Of a stretch of DNA of 64,000 bases, positions 1 through 13,419 are shown one piece after another. Both the position numbers and the translations under genes were made by a program. Positions within the stretch are counted from its first letter, which is position 1. The number at the start of each line of letters is the position of its first letter. The DNA lies in assembly GCA_977030845.1 (NCBI GenBank), contig OZ365110.1, forward strand, positions 29,016,001 to 29,080,000. The letters run 5' to 3'. Origin of the DNA: Fimbriosthenelais zetlandica (Eukaryota). The notes beneath the pieces are model-generated. The model was not told the DNA's origin, searched no databases, and saw only the letters and a program-made list of their open reading frames with translations.

Positions 1-280
1 TGGAAGTTCCAGCATATTTGTTGGAGTGTTATCCTAAGTATCAGACATTTCCTGAATTTGAAAGGAAGGGTTATAATTTACGTTCTAGCCAATTAGCTGA
101 TTTAATTGCTAATTGTCCAAATTTTGGAAAGGACGGAGGCGTTGAGGGTGTAAAACCTCCAGTTTGGAAATTCATTCCACAAAGGAAAAAAATGATTCTG
201 CAGTATAGAGATATTCAGAGTATGGAATAGCTATCCTAATGGCTTACCATACGCCCTCCCACCCTTTCACCGTCACCGAC

Positions 281-294
281 GCGCCCCCTTGTGG
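281..294 (-). promoter_or_regulatory. CTCF-like motif near the 5' end of gene 1
   Basis: The minus strand reads CCACAAGGGGGCGC, 13/14 to CCACCAGGGGGCGC, about 400 nt upstream of the ATG. Confidence 0.5.
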
Positions 295-510
295 GAAGAA
301 AACGAACCGTGCATCCCAATCACTCAGCGTTCACTGGGCGTGTGCCATTCAGTTGGCGAGCATTGTGGAGTAAGCTTCACTCGGAGAATTCTCTCCTCTC
401 CGTTTGAGACTGCTGCTAGTCCTACTACTAGTACTACTATTGCCGCAACCACCCTAGTAGTCACCCCGCAAACTACGACCGACCCAGTGGTTGTGGAGTG
501 GGAAAGAAAG

Positions 511-618
511 GTACGAATTCCACAAAGCACGCACGCTCAGAAAAATTGGACCCATTATATTCATCCAAATCTTGCAAAACTAATTACATACATTGGATTA
601 TCTTTGTGCATCGCTTAG
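511..618 (+). other. Candidate 108-nt intron in the 5' leader of gene 1
   Basis: Donor AAG|gtacga, branch-like CTAAT at 580-584, acceptor tctttgtgcatcgcttag. No transcript evidence. Confidence 0.4.
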
Positions 619-687
619 AAGGTCAAGACAACTGGATTTTGTCTTTTTTTCACACTGGTCGAGAGAGCTGTTGCTAAGTGGGTAACT

Positions 688-844
688 ATGGGAGAGATGG
701 AGATTCAAGGTGGAGTATTTTCTAGCCTCAATGGGAGGAGGAGCAGGAGTAGGGTCCAGACCACTTTTGGAAATGGATATAGATATGGACTTCTCGTGCT
801 CTTGTTGCATTTGGTGCCAGCAGTTTCACCAGAAGAGAGAAAGG
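688..844 (+). CDS. Gene 1 coding exon 1: initiator Met and signal peptide (MGEMEIQGGVFSSLNGRRSRSRVQTTFGNGYRYGLLVLLLHLVPAVSPEERK)
   Basis: First + strand ATG after about 446 ATG-free nt. Hydrophobic core GLLVLLLHLVPAVS. Ends AAG-G|gtaagt, a consensus phase-1 donor compatible with the exon at 13138. Not in the ORF track. Confidence 0.8.
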
Positions 845-3800
845 GTAAGTATGATGTTTGATGCCTGATGGATGACCTTTTTAACTGAGGTGTGCCCATC
901 AGACCATGCATGTTTTCATCAATTATAATTCTGTGGCCCTGTGGAAAACCTTATTATTTATGATCCATGAAAAATAAATTGTCCTGTCATACGTAAGTGA
1001 ACATTGTGTCTGATAAAATAGTACTTAAGGCATATTTAAATACCTTTTTTTTCGCTGTATCATTTTGGAAGTTACTTCAAGTGATCTTCAAGAGCGTTCC
1101 ATAGATTAATTTTAAAAGAATAAAAAATAAATTCATTAAAACTTGCATTTTCAATTCAATTAGCAGTAAACGGTGGCATATGGATTCCAAATCACTGACT
1201 CAAATACCGTAGTCGGCCACTTTTGCAAAGTGCTAACAGGTGATACTTGGGATTTCCATTTTAGGAATAGATGGAGGGTGTGAGGGAGATCATACCAGAG
1301 ATTTTTCATGCATCCATGCAAGTTAATAAATAAGCGGCGTGGTTGTGGTTGGAGTTTTGCCCTTCAAACCTCCTTGGGCTGGGCTTGTTTTGTGTGACTA
1401 AGGGATCCAACTATTTGATGGATCCAGTAGTGGCTCAGTGGTAGAAGCAGTGGGAGAGGAAGAGGGAGGAGCACACATGTTTGCCTTAACTGTATGGAAC
1501 TCGGTGGTATGCACGTGCTGATAGTGCTAGAGTGGCTGTTCAACCACTGGTATAGGTGGAGTTCCATCTATACTCCTGGGTAGGGCACTGGGAACTAACA
1601 AAATACTTATGAAAGTGGGGCTTCCTCGAAAACAATCCACTAAATGGAGCCTAGGTGATGTTCAACTGCATCTCCCACATCAGTGCCACGCATATGAATG
1701 TGAAAGTCAACTGCGTGTTGCATATCATATAGAAACGCTGTAGAAGTGCTAGAGATAGGTTAAATCACCACGAAAAAAAATCCCTTATATGGAATGGACC
1801 TATAGCTCATCCAATTTTTGAAGATTAAGGTACAAAGTGTCCCAGAGAAGGGTATAGTCCAGGTAGGCGCCAGAGATGTACTTGAGGAGCTGCTGGAGGA
1901 TCCCATACATACCAGAGGGATCCGGAGGAAGGGCAGGGTGAACATGATGTCTAGAAGGCCGGGTGATGGATCCTTCAGGATCTAAGTGGTAGAAGGTGGT
2001 AGAAGGGTATACAGAAGCTCAGGCTTTCAATCATTCCTCTCGTTTAGTGCTTCGTTTCAAGTATGTCAAGTAATCCATCCATTTATAGTTCTTCTCACCT
2101 TCAAAACAAGCTTTCCCCCATTGTTCATTCTCTTTGTGTAGGCCACCACATCTTAAAGTGCTCTTAAAGTGCTTTCAGAATCTCCAAGCTTGTATTCCTT
2201 CCCCTGTCATGTTGGCCACTGTTATGGCAAAGGCTACATTAGGGCATGGAGCCATACTTTGGTTACATTTAATGTCACCGAATCAGAATCTAAATCCTTT
2301 TTGATGTTCTATGTGTACATTCATAACAGTTCGCATCAACAATCTTACTCTTTGATTCCTCTATTTCTTACTTTTTACTTTTCCAGCCCAATTATTTCTT
2401 CTATCAGCTGACATAGCCTTTTCTTTATCCATCACCAGTACTCTTCTGACAATATCAAATAAAGCAATCTGGATATATGCATTCTGCTGATTACATCCAC
2501 CCCGCAGAAAACACCTGAGATGTGTTACCATATGTTCCTCTGGGTAACATAATTTAGACTCTGTTATGTATGGTAGTGGAGTCTTATATGCCATAAACTG
2601 GAGAAGTGGGATATTGGAAACATAAAAACAAAACAAACCGACAAGCCCTCCCCATATCAAGACACCCGTCCCAACTCAAAACTTTCCTTAATGCTATATC
2701 CTGCCAAACCTAATTTCTCAAACGCATTTTATAGCATGTTCCGAATCATCCTCAACATCCATTCCATGGGTAACTCAAACCCAAGATCAGTTTACCTCCT
2801 AATACTCCCATACAAGTTACCAAGAAACCCAAATACCTTGGCGATGCAAGTATTTACCGCAATAGGGTCAGTTTTCTATTCTCAAGGACTTCCCTGAACA
2901 CCTATTTAAGAACCCGACATGACCATTTTTTGAGGAAAGGCGCAGGTAACAGGGATACTACATATTATTTTGTATATTCCTGAGTCCGAACATACCATCT
3001 GTATTTTTTCTTCCACTTCCTTCCACCTACTTACCTGAAAACCCATCTACCGAAGCCCTACTTCGACAGGTGCTTTACCGCGGGCTCGCAGTGGTTTAAG
3101 GAATATTTGGAAGCAGCGAGTGGTCTCTGCCACGTGCCAGATAAGTGGCAAACGCCAGGTGGGCAGTTGGCGAGGGAGAGATACCAGTCAGGCATACCTT
3201 ACCAGCGTCTGTGAAGGTGCAGTGGTAGTACGCACATGTACTCTACACAAGCCCATAACTCACCCCATGCAGGGATCCACCAGCTACTTGGATCATGAAG
3301 AAAATAGAGATTTTCTAAACTGCTGCCTAGAGCAAACATCTTAAAACCCTCAGATGTACAGATAGAAATTCAGCTTAAAAATAATGTAGCGTTTTAAAGA
3401 TATAGGTTTGTGTCAAAAAGCGATTGATCATGCATATATATTAGGAAATTCAAAGAAGCAGTTACTGTAATTAATGTATTCACTATGGTCAATTAATTCA
3501 CTAGGCCTATAATACATTATCTACTGAATGCATCCTATCGATACAGTACACAATCCGACTTTGTATTTTGTTTTAATCAAAGAAGCACTGCACAATGAGT
3601 ACCAAATTCTTGGGTTCTAAAAACACTGTTATACACTACCCTAGTAACAACACCATAGTAATTTAAACCCCATGTCCCGCTAAATCCCCACTTTCTAACC
3701 ACTATATCTAGGCCATACCCTCTTCCTATATATAGGGTCTACAGGCTGCATCCTTTTCCAGCCTCACTCCAATTCACCATGCAGCCCCCACCCACGCCAA

Positions 3801-6800
3801 CTGGATCCTGGGCTGCTCCACATAGAGCAGATGGGATCCAGGGGTGAGTGAATTACTCGCCCAAATTATACTACTACCACTACGTGATAGTACACACACC
3901 ACTGTTTACACCATCACCCCACATCACTCCATCCCGGATCAAAAAATCTACCTTGGCCATTACCTTCCGACCCTTCCACTTCCTATTTTGACTCTGTTTG
4001 CCCTTTCTCATGACATCATTCATTTATTCCTTAAACTCTTTTTTCAACTCTTTTCCTGTATTGCTCCAATGTCCTGCTTTGTGCTTTGTTTCATTCATCT
4101 CTTTTGGGTAATGTTTTGCCTTTCCTTCTCTTTTCCATCTTCATTTTAACCCCCTTATCTGTCATTGCCCGTAGCCTTTGAGACCTCCGGTGGGGTCACC
4201 TCTCTTAACTTGTGGTGGGTAAAAGGGTAAACAGGCGCAGTATTTTAGAACAAAATGTATGGACTACAGCCAAGAAAACTGACGTGCTGATGAAGATAAC
4301 CACAACTAGTCATGTTCGGTGCTAAAGTAAACATCAGTTAAAATTTACCAACACAAACAAGAATGCCTCTCATAACTTTCCCATTACCAATCATAGTGAT
4401 TGTATCGTATAACAAGTTAATGACATTATGTGGGTTAATTATTCAAGTTATTTCCTTGTATTCTTTAAAGCTCATAGTAACGAATCATATCACGTTACTT
4501 TGTTATGTTGATTTCAACTGAAAATTGACTCCTTTAATATGAAATCATAGCTTGCATGGTCTGATGCTTTTCAATGCCTGAATAAGTAATGTTAAAACGG
4601 GACAATGCGATTCCACATAATGATGTGTCTCTCTCCAAACCTTCAAGATCAAACACCTATAGTGGCTAATGGTCCAGAAGGTAGCAGGTGTATATTATTA
4701 AAAACTCTAATTGAGGTTTGCCCATGCTGCATTGATTCTGCTGAAACATTGATGTTACAATAATTTCTCACGTCTACCGGCCTTTTAGCTGTTATATTTT
4801 ATTAATCCCCACGTCTGGGGGAGCCCGCATCATGCAAATGCTTGATTCTAAAATCAATCACTCATGGCACGATCTGTGGGACAATTAATTGGGTCATAAT
4901 GGTATCAGATGTATTGTATGAAAAATATAAGGGTACTAATCATACTAGGTCATCTTTTAAAAACCTTCAAAGTGGGCATTGATGTTCGAAAGTGATACTA
5001 TTAACGTAGGTTCAGTTTTCTTTTTATCTGCTCAAAAACATCCAAATTAATCATTACATTCGATATGTCAGCACTAAACGACCAAATTATGTATATTTGA
5101 GATTCTTTAAGCCTTTATAATAGATGGATTGCCACAGTCGGTCCTTAAATCTTCACGTTTCGTCTAATAGGCCGCTACACAACAATGGCATGGCGCCCAG
5201 AGAATGGGTGTTACTGAAAGTGAAAAGTCATTAAGTGAAGTCTATTAGACTTTCATATGGCTTGCATCCTGCATTTTTTTTAAATTCATGAATAATTTAG
5301 CATAAATTGACAGATTGTAGCCAGACACGCCAATCGAGAGACGAATCCATCTTCAACGGTTTGGTGCAGTGTGGGTGGGTGAAAGTTTTAGTCGGGCTGC
5401 ATGGTTCCCAGGGTGCACCAACCAAAAAAGCACCGTTTGTCCTCTAGAAAACATTGTATTAGAATAACTTGTAACATTTTGCACAGATTTTAGACTACAT
5501 GACAAATTTAACTAACAATGGTAAACCTGCCTCAAATATTCAATAAATCCACCCAAAACTGGTGCAATTAACTTGTGAAGGCAGCATGACAACTGATGTT
5601 TGATCCTTAAAAAGAACTGACATCATATCATACGGCAATAGCCATGTGCATCAATGAAAAAAAAGGCATTAGCTTCGGCGCTCTTACCCACCCACCCAGA
5701 GTGTGCTGTCCCTAGAGCATCAAAAATGCATAAGCATTAGCTCGGGAATGGGCAGGACAAAGCTAAGTACTGAGCATTGCATAAGATATCAATGGACTGA
5801 GAATGTCCCATAGGAACGAATACTGTTGGCGTAAATAGTGTATTAGCTACAGGCAACTAGGCCCGTGACAATACCCCATAGACATCGCATTGTGCATATC
5901 ACAATCGGCGGTCATAATTTGCTATTGTGAAACTACAACACCGGAGCTAATTTGACAAAACTCCTAATTTGTCTGTGATCATCATCAGGATCATTGTGTA
6001 TGTCAAATTGGGCCATCTAGGGCCCGGGCCAAGGCTCGCTGTCATATGCCTAAATACCTAATTGGTCTAGTAAATAGAGTTTGGAATAGAGAGCACTTAT
6101 TGGAGTTTGAGGTCCAGTGTAGTGTTACTATGAAGCTCTAGTGAGTAGCTCCTTCGTGTAGTGGCGGCCCAGATACATTGCAAATCGGGGTCACGACGAG
6201 GCCATGTAAATTTCCTTTCAGGGGTCATCCATTCCCGGATCTGAGTGAATGACAGTTATTTTATACCAGGGTAATTAGGATTTTTTCATTCCCTAGTTAT
6301 TTTGAAGTTGGCATACTGGCCTGAAATATCATACAGGGAATTATGCAGTAAAAGTTTCCCTCTGAAATAGTATTCAAAGTTTACATTCAACATGCAAACT
6401 GCTCGAGGGAATAATCAATCTCTCTATCATCAAACGCGTGAAATGTTTTTGTCTTCTTTGAAAGATAAAAACTGTCAAAAAGCCTGTTTCTTTTCTATAT
6501 TGTGCGGTACCTATATTTCCCAGGATCATCACCTTGATTGCTTATCATTTCCAAGCCATTTCAAAGACTTGAATCATATCCAAGGCTGCCTTTGATTGGT
6601 TACACTGTATATCAAAGTACAACCAGCCCAAAGCACTTTGCACCGAAGTAAAATTAATGACTTTACCAAAGTAAAGATGAAAAAGACGTGGTTTCTTTGT
6701 TCTTCCATCTAAACGTACCCACTTGCCAATCTAGCTGGCAAAAAAGAACGCCTGTATTAGAGGCGATCTTCCCCTTATATGAGATTTTTAAGCGTGTTGA

Positions 6801-9800
6801 TGGACATTTAGAAACAATTTTAAGGGAGCTTGGTAATGGGGTCTAATAGATGAAGGACGGCATCAGAGGGAAAGATAAAACACATATCCATATCTCTGAC
6901 GCTCTATAGGAGGATTAGTGCTTGGCTTATGTGTTTCCATTAAGATATTAAACAAAACATTTGCCTTGGCATAGCAGCGCTGTTGGTACTTTAGCCTTTG
7001 TCTGCAGTTTGTTTTTTAGTCTTTGTCTTAATCGGATTGCAGCAATTTGCCAGCTTATCCACCCGTGGGAATTCTTATCCTGTGTTAAGAGTAAGTCTGT
7101 GCGTGTCCATATAAGGGGTTAAAGGAAATGTATACTTCCAACAACAGTGACACATGTGCACATCTATTAAAAATGGAACTACTTTAGTTTCAAATTCACG
7201 TTAACACTGCGACCCTACATCATCAATCATTTATGTTCTTTAAAATATATATTCTGCAATGTGATTTTTTCAACTAGTCCATTCCTCGGATTACGCGAGC
7301 CATTCTGCATGCACAGCATTCATAAATTTTTGTTCCCCTATTGGTTGCACATTTCACATTCACATTAATATGTATTTCCATGTGAAATTTCTAGGTTAAA
7401 AACTGTGGATTAAGTCCCAACATAGAAATGACTGATAGGAAAATGGCACTGGCCTGATTATATCTATCAGCAAGTTTGTTTTAAACCTATTTTCGGGTAT
7501 TTCCCTGTAAAGTGGTAGTTAGTCCAGAAAAAACAAAATGGGCATGAATCACTCTCTGAGCAGGACATATACACAAACCAAACAAAGAAGACATGCGGAA
7601 CATGCGAGCTAGTAATGATTCAAAGGCTAATTTCTGCCTCACCCATCCCCCATCACATCCTCACCCTATCAAACTAAGCTAATCTCCCACTCATCGACTT
7701 TACTTCTCAACAGAATTTTTTTAAGCGAGCGTTTTTAATTAGGCCTGAAATCTGGGGGAAATAATGAAGCCGGGAGAAATGCTTGTATATACGAGTCAGG
7801 TGTAGTTAATTTGTCAGAGTGATCCGGCAATGAGTTTGCCTGCAGCTTTCACTTTTATTAGCCTCGTCTTTGGGCCGGCTTTTTGGGAGGAAGCCATGTA
7901 AGATAGATGGGAGCGGAGGAGCTATACAAAAGGCTTGGACTGGGATTGTTAAGGTAGGCATGGAGACCTGTGGTTTCCAAGGCAGGGTCCTTGTTGTTTG
8001 CAACAACAAAAAATAAACTGGAATTGTACCTGTACTTTTTGCCACCCATATCTTCTGCCATATATTACATTTATATGTATATTTCAGGCATATTCAAAAT
8101 TACAGTTCATATTAAAATAAATATGTATTGACCACAATAATTATGGCGATACTGAAAATTTGTTTAACCTAGTTTCCATAGGAAAAATAGGTCTGCACAT
8201 GTTTATCTGTGTGGATAGCCAACAAATTTTCATGAAAGCATCTATCATGAAAGCACCTATTGGCTATGACTTGCTTCCAACTCTTTCCAAATGGCAATAA
8301 ATTTTGTACTTTGTCCATCAATTATCTAGTCTGTACTCGTATAGATCGCCATGTCTGGTCACTCAAGAGGAATCGATACAGCTAGGTGGGGAAGGACATT
8401 GAGCAGTAGAGAGGTTGATCAGTGAATTCTGGGCAGCCAGCAAGGCTTTCAGCTGTAAGCCAGGGCTGGTCAAAAGGTAATTGGAAGGTAACAAGGGGGA
8501 GGTGCATGGCTGGGTAGAACTTGGAGAGGGGGATGGGGGTGATTTTATACCTGTAGTTAACCCTCTGATGTCTCCTGAGAGGTTTAGTTGATCCTGAAAG
8601 ATTATAATTAATTTTACCCCATTTTGATAATTTTGATCTTCACGAAGGAATCATGGTATCGGATCTACGCCAATCTCAGTCAATCCAAAGCAACTTCAAT
8701 TAAGGAAAAGTAGAAAATCAATGAAGGGATTCTGCAGTTCCCACTTAAAGGATCTCACTTACTTCAGATGCTCTGTATAGAACCATCAATCAAAATCTGG
8801 TAGGCCCTATATTCAGCAATGAAATGAAGGCAGTGATTGCTTCTCTTTAGAGCACCACATCCCTCCATTGCACACCTTGCCTTGTCCTACCTGAGCTGCA
8901 TACAGATTATCTTACACCTGTCACTTCTATCAGTCCAAAAACCCGACACTTAATCAGCCACTAATTGAAATTATAGACGCTGCCAGCATTTTGCGTGAGA
9001 GTCGATGGCTTGTTCCAGTGAAATGACACTGATTGGCTCCGGACTGCCTCCTCTCCACCATGCAGCAAAGAACACCCAGGATAAGAATCGGAGAAGCTTG
9101 CATGTATTGTTAATGGATTCTGCTTTCTGTGATACAATTGTACCACTTGTATAGTTTTAGATCATTTATATATCTACGTTCATAAAACGTTAGCAATCAG
9201 TCTGAGTTGAACTTAACAGGCTGAAACATGCTCACAAAATTCTTTGAAGACAATCTGTTAGCTAGGATTTTTATCAGTCTAATTGCATTATATTTCCTGC
9301 AGGAAATTAGAATGATGATGAGGTGGTGAGCTTTTCTGGAATGGTTAACTTGTGTGGTATATATAGCCCTGGTTTTAACAGTGGTATGGGTTACCCTGAA
9401 TGCTGGGCACGTCAGGAGGATTCAGCATCGTAAGCCATGCAAACAGCCTGACATTTCATCAAACCTCAGCTCTGTACGGCGAAATAGTTTGCCATTTTCA
9501 GTTTATGAATTCTGGTGAGGGGCAGAAGGGGGTAGAGGGGGATAAAATGAAGCAGGGAGATTTTTTTGGACGAGGACCAAGGACGGGGGATGGAAACCGG
9601 TCATCATGGAGAGATCAGGCGGTTTGTGATCGCTATCTCACTATGCACGTCATCCTGACTGCCATTAGAGATAGACCAGTATTTATAGACTGGGAGGAGC
9701 AGCTGACATGCTCAGGTTCAAAAATGAATATAAAAACAACAGAACAAATATGCCAGTTGAATACTTGAGGAGTTGTATGGTTGGGGTTTGTTGTTGCGAA

Positions 9801-12800
9801 AAAGAGCGTAGCATTGCAGGCAAATAGGAAACATGCCGTCAGCGCAACAGTCTGCTCTTTGCAATTGCCCCAAATGATATACCTCAGACAATGAAAATTC
9901 AGACAATGGATGTCCACATAGTGAGGAATGGGCCAGGGACTGAGTGGGCAAGTGAGATCTGGCCAATAAGATAAACTGTGATTTACACTGCACGGAATGT
10001 CCACATGCTTAGTAGTTGCTTTGCAGACATTTCCAAGATACTTCAGATTAAAATTATTCATGACCAAAGACATGATTACAATATTATTGGCCTATGAGGA
10101 GGAAAGTTAAAATATAAAATATAAGCCTATGAAAATGAATAGATGGTCAACGACAGCAGTGATGGGAAAGATGGACAAATGAGATAGACCTTTAGCTAAG
10201 TCCAAGCTAAATCATACATGTTAGAGAATACTGATGACCTTATAAAAGGTCCCCTGATACAGAAATAGATCGGTGAAGAAGCATGGATAGGTCCACTGAG
10301 AACTGAGGAACGAGGAGGAAATAGAGCAGGCTAAAAGATAGAAAGTAGTGACAACATGAATGATATTGATGGTACAGATAGTACAAGCCCTATAAATAAT
10401 CAACTCCATCCAAATAACACTGTCAACAACCCTTTGTCTCAGGGCCATAAATTCTAACTCACCCTCCAGCTCTCTGTTCACCACCCTGCCTTTACAGTAA
10501 GTGAGAGCTGCATTTCCAACTGCTCCCAGTTTCCTGGCCCCAGTCAAGCCTTTTCCTGGCCCTCCGCCATCATCTCCCATACCCATACCACCCAATTATA
10601 GGTATACATTAGCGGGTTGCATTGCCCAAGCATCAGTCTCCCTCAGAAAGAGTGGAGGCGGAATATTTCATAAATGATTTTATCTTTCCGCCCAACTTGT
10701 TCCGCAGTGCACGGAGAATTAGAGCTAACAGCTATGATTTTGTAGGCACACTCCAATGCTACCATTATTACTTCTCGTGTGTCAAAAACAATTATAAGCC
10801 AACTCTGGCGGCATGTAGTCAATAGGCGCTTTGTTCCATCAGCACTGCAGCACCCACAGACACACTTTTTGAAAACAAATGTCATATCATTGAAGGACAT
10901 GGATCTGACGGGCTTAATTGAGCCATGAGTATTTTGTGACTCAGAAAGTGGCATTGATTGGAGCATATGGTTGGAAGGTGATACCCCTCTTTTACTGATT
11001 TTTTCCCTTTCATTTTATCTGTATTTTCATTCTTTTCCATAAACATCCTCAATAATGAACCAAATTTGAAAGCGAATCCGTTGTCCTTGTTATTATTTAG
11101 TTTTTTCAATTTCTCACCATCCCTCTATTTCATCTTCCTTCCTCGAGTTCTGTAGATTCACCCTTTCTTATCATCTTTCCGCGCCTTGCTTCCTTTAAGT
11201 CTACAGCTTCGTTAACTTGTCATTGTATAAATGCTATAAGCCAGAGTGACAATAGTTAGAGGGAACGATTGCAATTAGGCCCTAATGGCCACTATTGTGT
11301 ATAGGCCACAACTCGTTTCTATCGCAGATATAATTGCAGGGACTTCAATATTTGAAATCCCTCCCTCCCCAAATATCAACTCTTAACACTGGATGGCAAA
11401 CTCAGAGGGCCGTCAATCCATTCTGTTTATCTCAGAGATGTTTCATTACAAGGAAGCCTTATTTGTGAGGCAAGGACATTTCCATCGGCTAACAGTTCTT
11501 GATAAAAAGCGATTATACGGAATGAATTTAAGACTTTGTCTGAGTCATATATATGGAACTGCTCTGAAATAATTGTTCGGAAATTATTACTAAAATATAA
11601 ATAAAATAATTATATAGATCTATTTTTTTTAAACCCCAACAAAAATATAGATACTAATGATATATATTAAATATGATATGATGGAATTATCATACCTATA
11701 TTTAAGAAAATTTGACATTCCTTAAGATATAAATCTTTTTTTTGCTCAGTCCATGATTCAGTACACAACACAATTCCATCTACTGATATCAAATATACCT
11801 GAATCATCTGCCTTCTTTACTCCTCCATTCTGATTAGTGTCAAGCTATGGCTTCAATTAAAAAAAGAATTGAGAATCTGGACAGGCATGTAACATCGTCG
11901 TATGTAATTCTATATCGAAAGCTTTTTCCCACCAATGAAACATTGATGTTTTATATCCAGGTTCCTGAGGCCCTCACGCATGCGCATAGAATATCTATGT
12001 TTCAGGGCTTCCGGATTGAATTCCAATTATGTAGAATCTGATCATTTAAGTGTTTTATACGATTTAGAGAGGATGGAACAGGGCACTGACAGGAGTACAA
12101 GGCAATCACTGTGATAAAAAGATCCATTAGCAGATACATTATCCAACTATATGTATCACAGCGTTCAAAAGACAAAAAAATGATTCGGCTGTATAGCTAG
12201 ATTGCTTCGGGGAACTACTCCAAGTTTATGCGAGAAAAATGAAAGGCTATAAATTGAAGTTATGTATCCCCATTGATAAATATGGATTATCAATTTTATT
12301 TCTTGCTCTCATTTCACATCATGAAAGGAAATGGATTGAGGCAATATGATATATATAAATCACTAAAGTTTTTGTGTGTGCAAAAGCATCAAAATATATG
12401 ATTCAATTGTCCTCATTTGATATGACCCAAAAGCTACGAAATGAGAAAGGTTCTAGTCAGTAGTATCCCCTTGAACCATTTGGATCATCATCGTTTTCAA
12501 GCCGACAATACAGTGTGAAAATGGTTGCCACCGCGTACCACCAAGAATATTTACTTTTTAAATCTTATCCATTTCCCCTGTCACCACTTTGATGTACATG
12601 TGAACACGGCTTCAGTCAAATGATGTGATAAAGCTCCAGTGGGCATCAAATATAGCCTGTCAATTCCTCAGTCTCTTATTAAAATAGTGAAAATAAAAAA
12701 TAGCCAAGTGTCTGTCAAAGTGGGCGATGTGTCGGAGGTAGCCAAGTGCAAACATCATCTTTTGAAGTGCATGGCGCATCCGTCCGTGATATCGCCTATC

Positions 12801-12812
12801 AGCATATCATTT

Positions 12813-12827
12813 CCCCCCCCCCCCCCC
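12813..12827 (+). repeat. Poly-C tract (15 C)
   Basis: Read directly; about 310 nt upstream of exon 2. Confidence 0.9.
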
Positions 12828-13137
12828 ATATTATAAGTCAATATAGAAAGCCTTATTTTGTCATGAATATGTCTATATCAGACATTAAGATTCTATTTAA
12901 AGCACTGTGTAATGTATTTGTTTGATTCGGCTCTTAGTGATATAATGCTCATTCCAAAACTAAAAGATAAGAGGATGATTTCCTGTTTGATAGTACCATG
13001 TGTTCGCTACATACATGTGCATGAAGTTAGCAAAATTTAGTGATTTAACTTCCTCAAAAACAATTCCATCAATATCCCCAAAAAATATTTCCTCCGAAAT
13101 GATAACAAAACTTATATATTATTATTCTCATTTCCAG

Positions 13138-13419
13138 GAGCAGTAAAGGAATATTGCCAGCTGCAAACCTTCAGTGCCCAATGTGCTAATGACGAGGTCA
13201 TCATTATTACAAGTGCCCAGTATGGACGCATGCGCCTGGGAGAATGCCTTAAGATCAACTATGGTTCACTAGGCTGTGCTGCTGATGTCCTGCCCGAGGT
13301 TGACAGGAAGTGTTCGGGAAGACAGGAATGTGAGTTTCCTGTGGCCGACCTCCATGGGCGGCAGCCATGTCCTGGAGACCTGACCCCCTTCCTAGAGGCT
13401 TCTTATAAATGCATGAAAG
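13138..13419 (+). CDS. Gene 1 exon 2: SUEL / rhamnose-binding-lectin (Gal_lectin) fold domain
   Basis: Acceptor attctcatttccag, donor AAAG|gtgagt. Translation (G)AVKEYCQLQTFSAQCANDEVIIITSAQYGRMRLGECLKINYGSLGCAADVLPEVDRKCSGRQECEFPVADLHGRQPCPGDLTPFLEASYKCMK has 8 Cys plus the AxYGR, KCSG..C and PC...L.ASY.C patterns of SUEL domains. Confidence 0.95.

Noticed and set aside
1431-1445. TGGCTCAGTGGTAGA, resembling a tRNA/SINE A-box
   Set aside because: No B-box (GTTCRA) or T-arm at the expected distance downstream.
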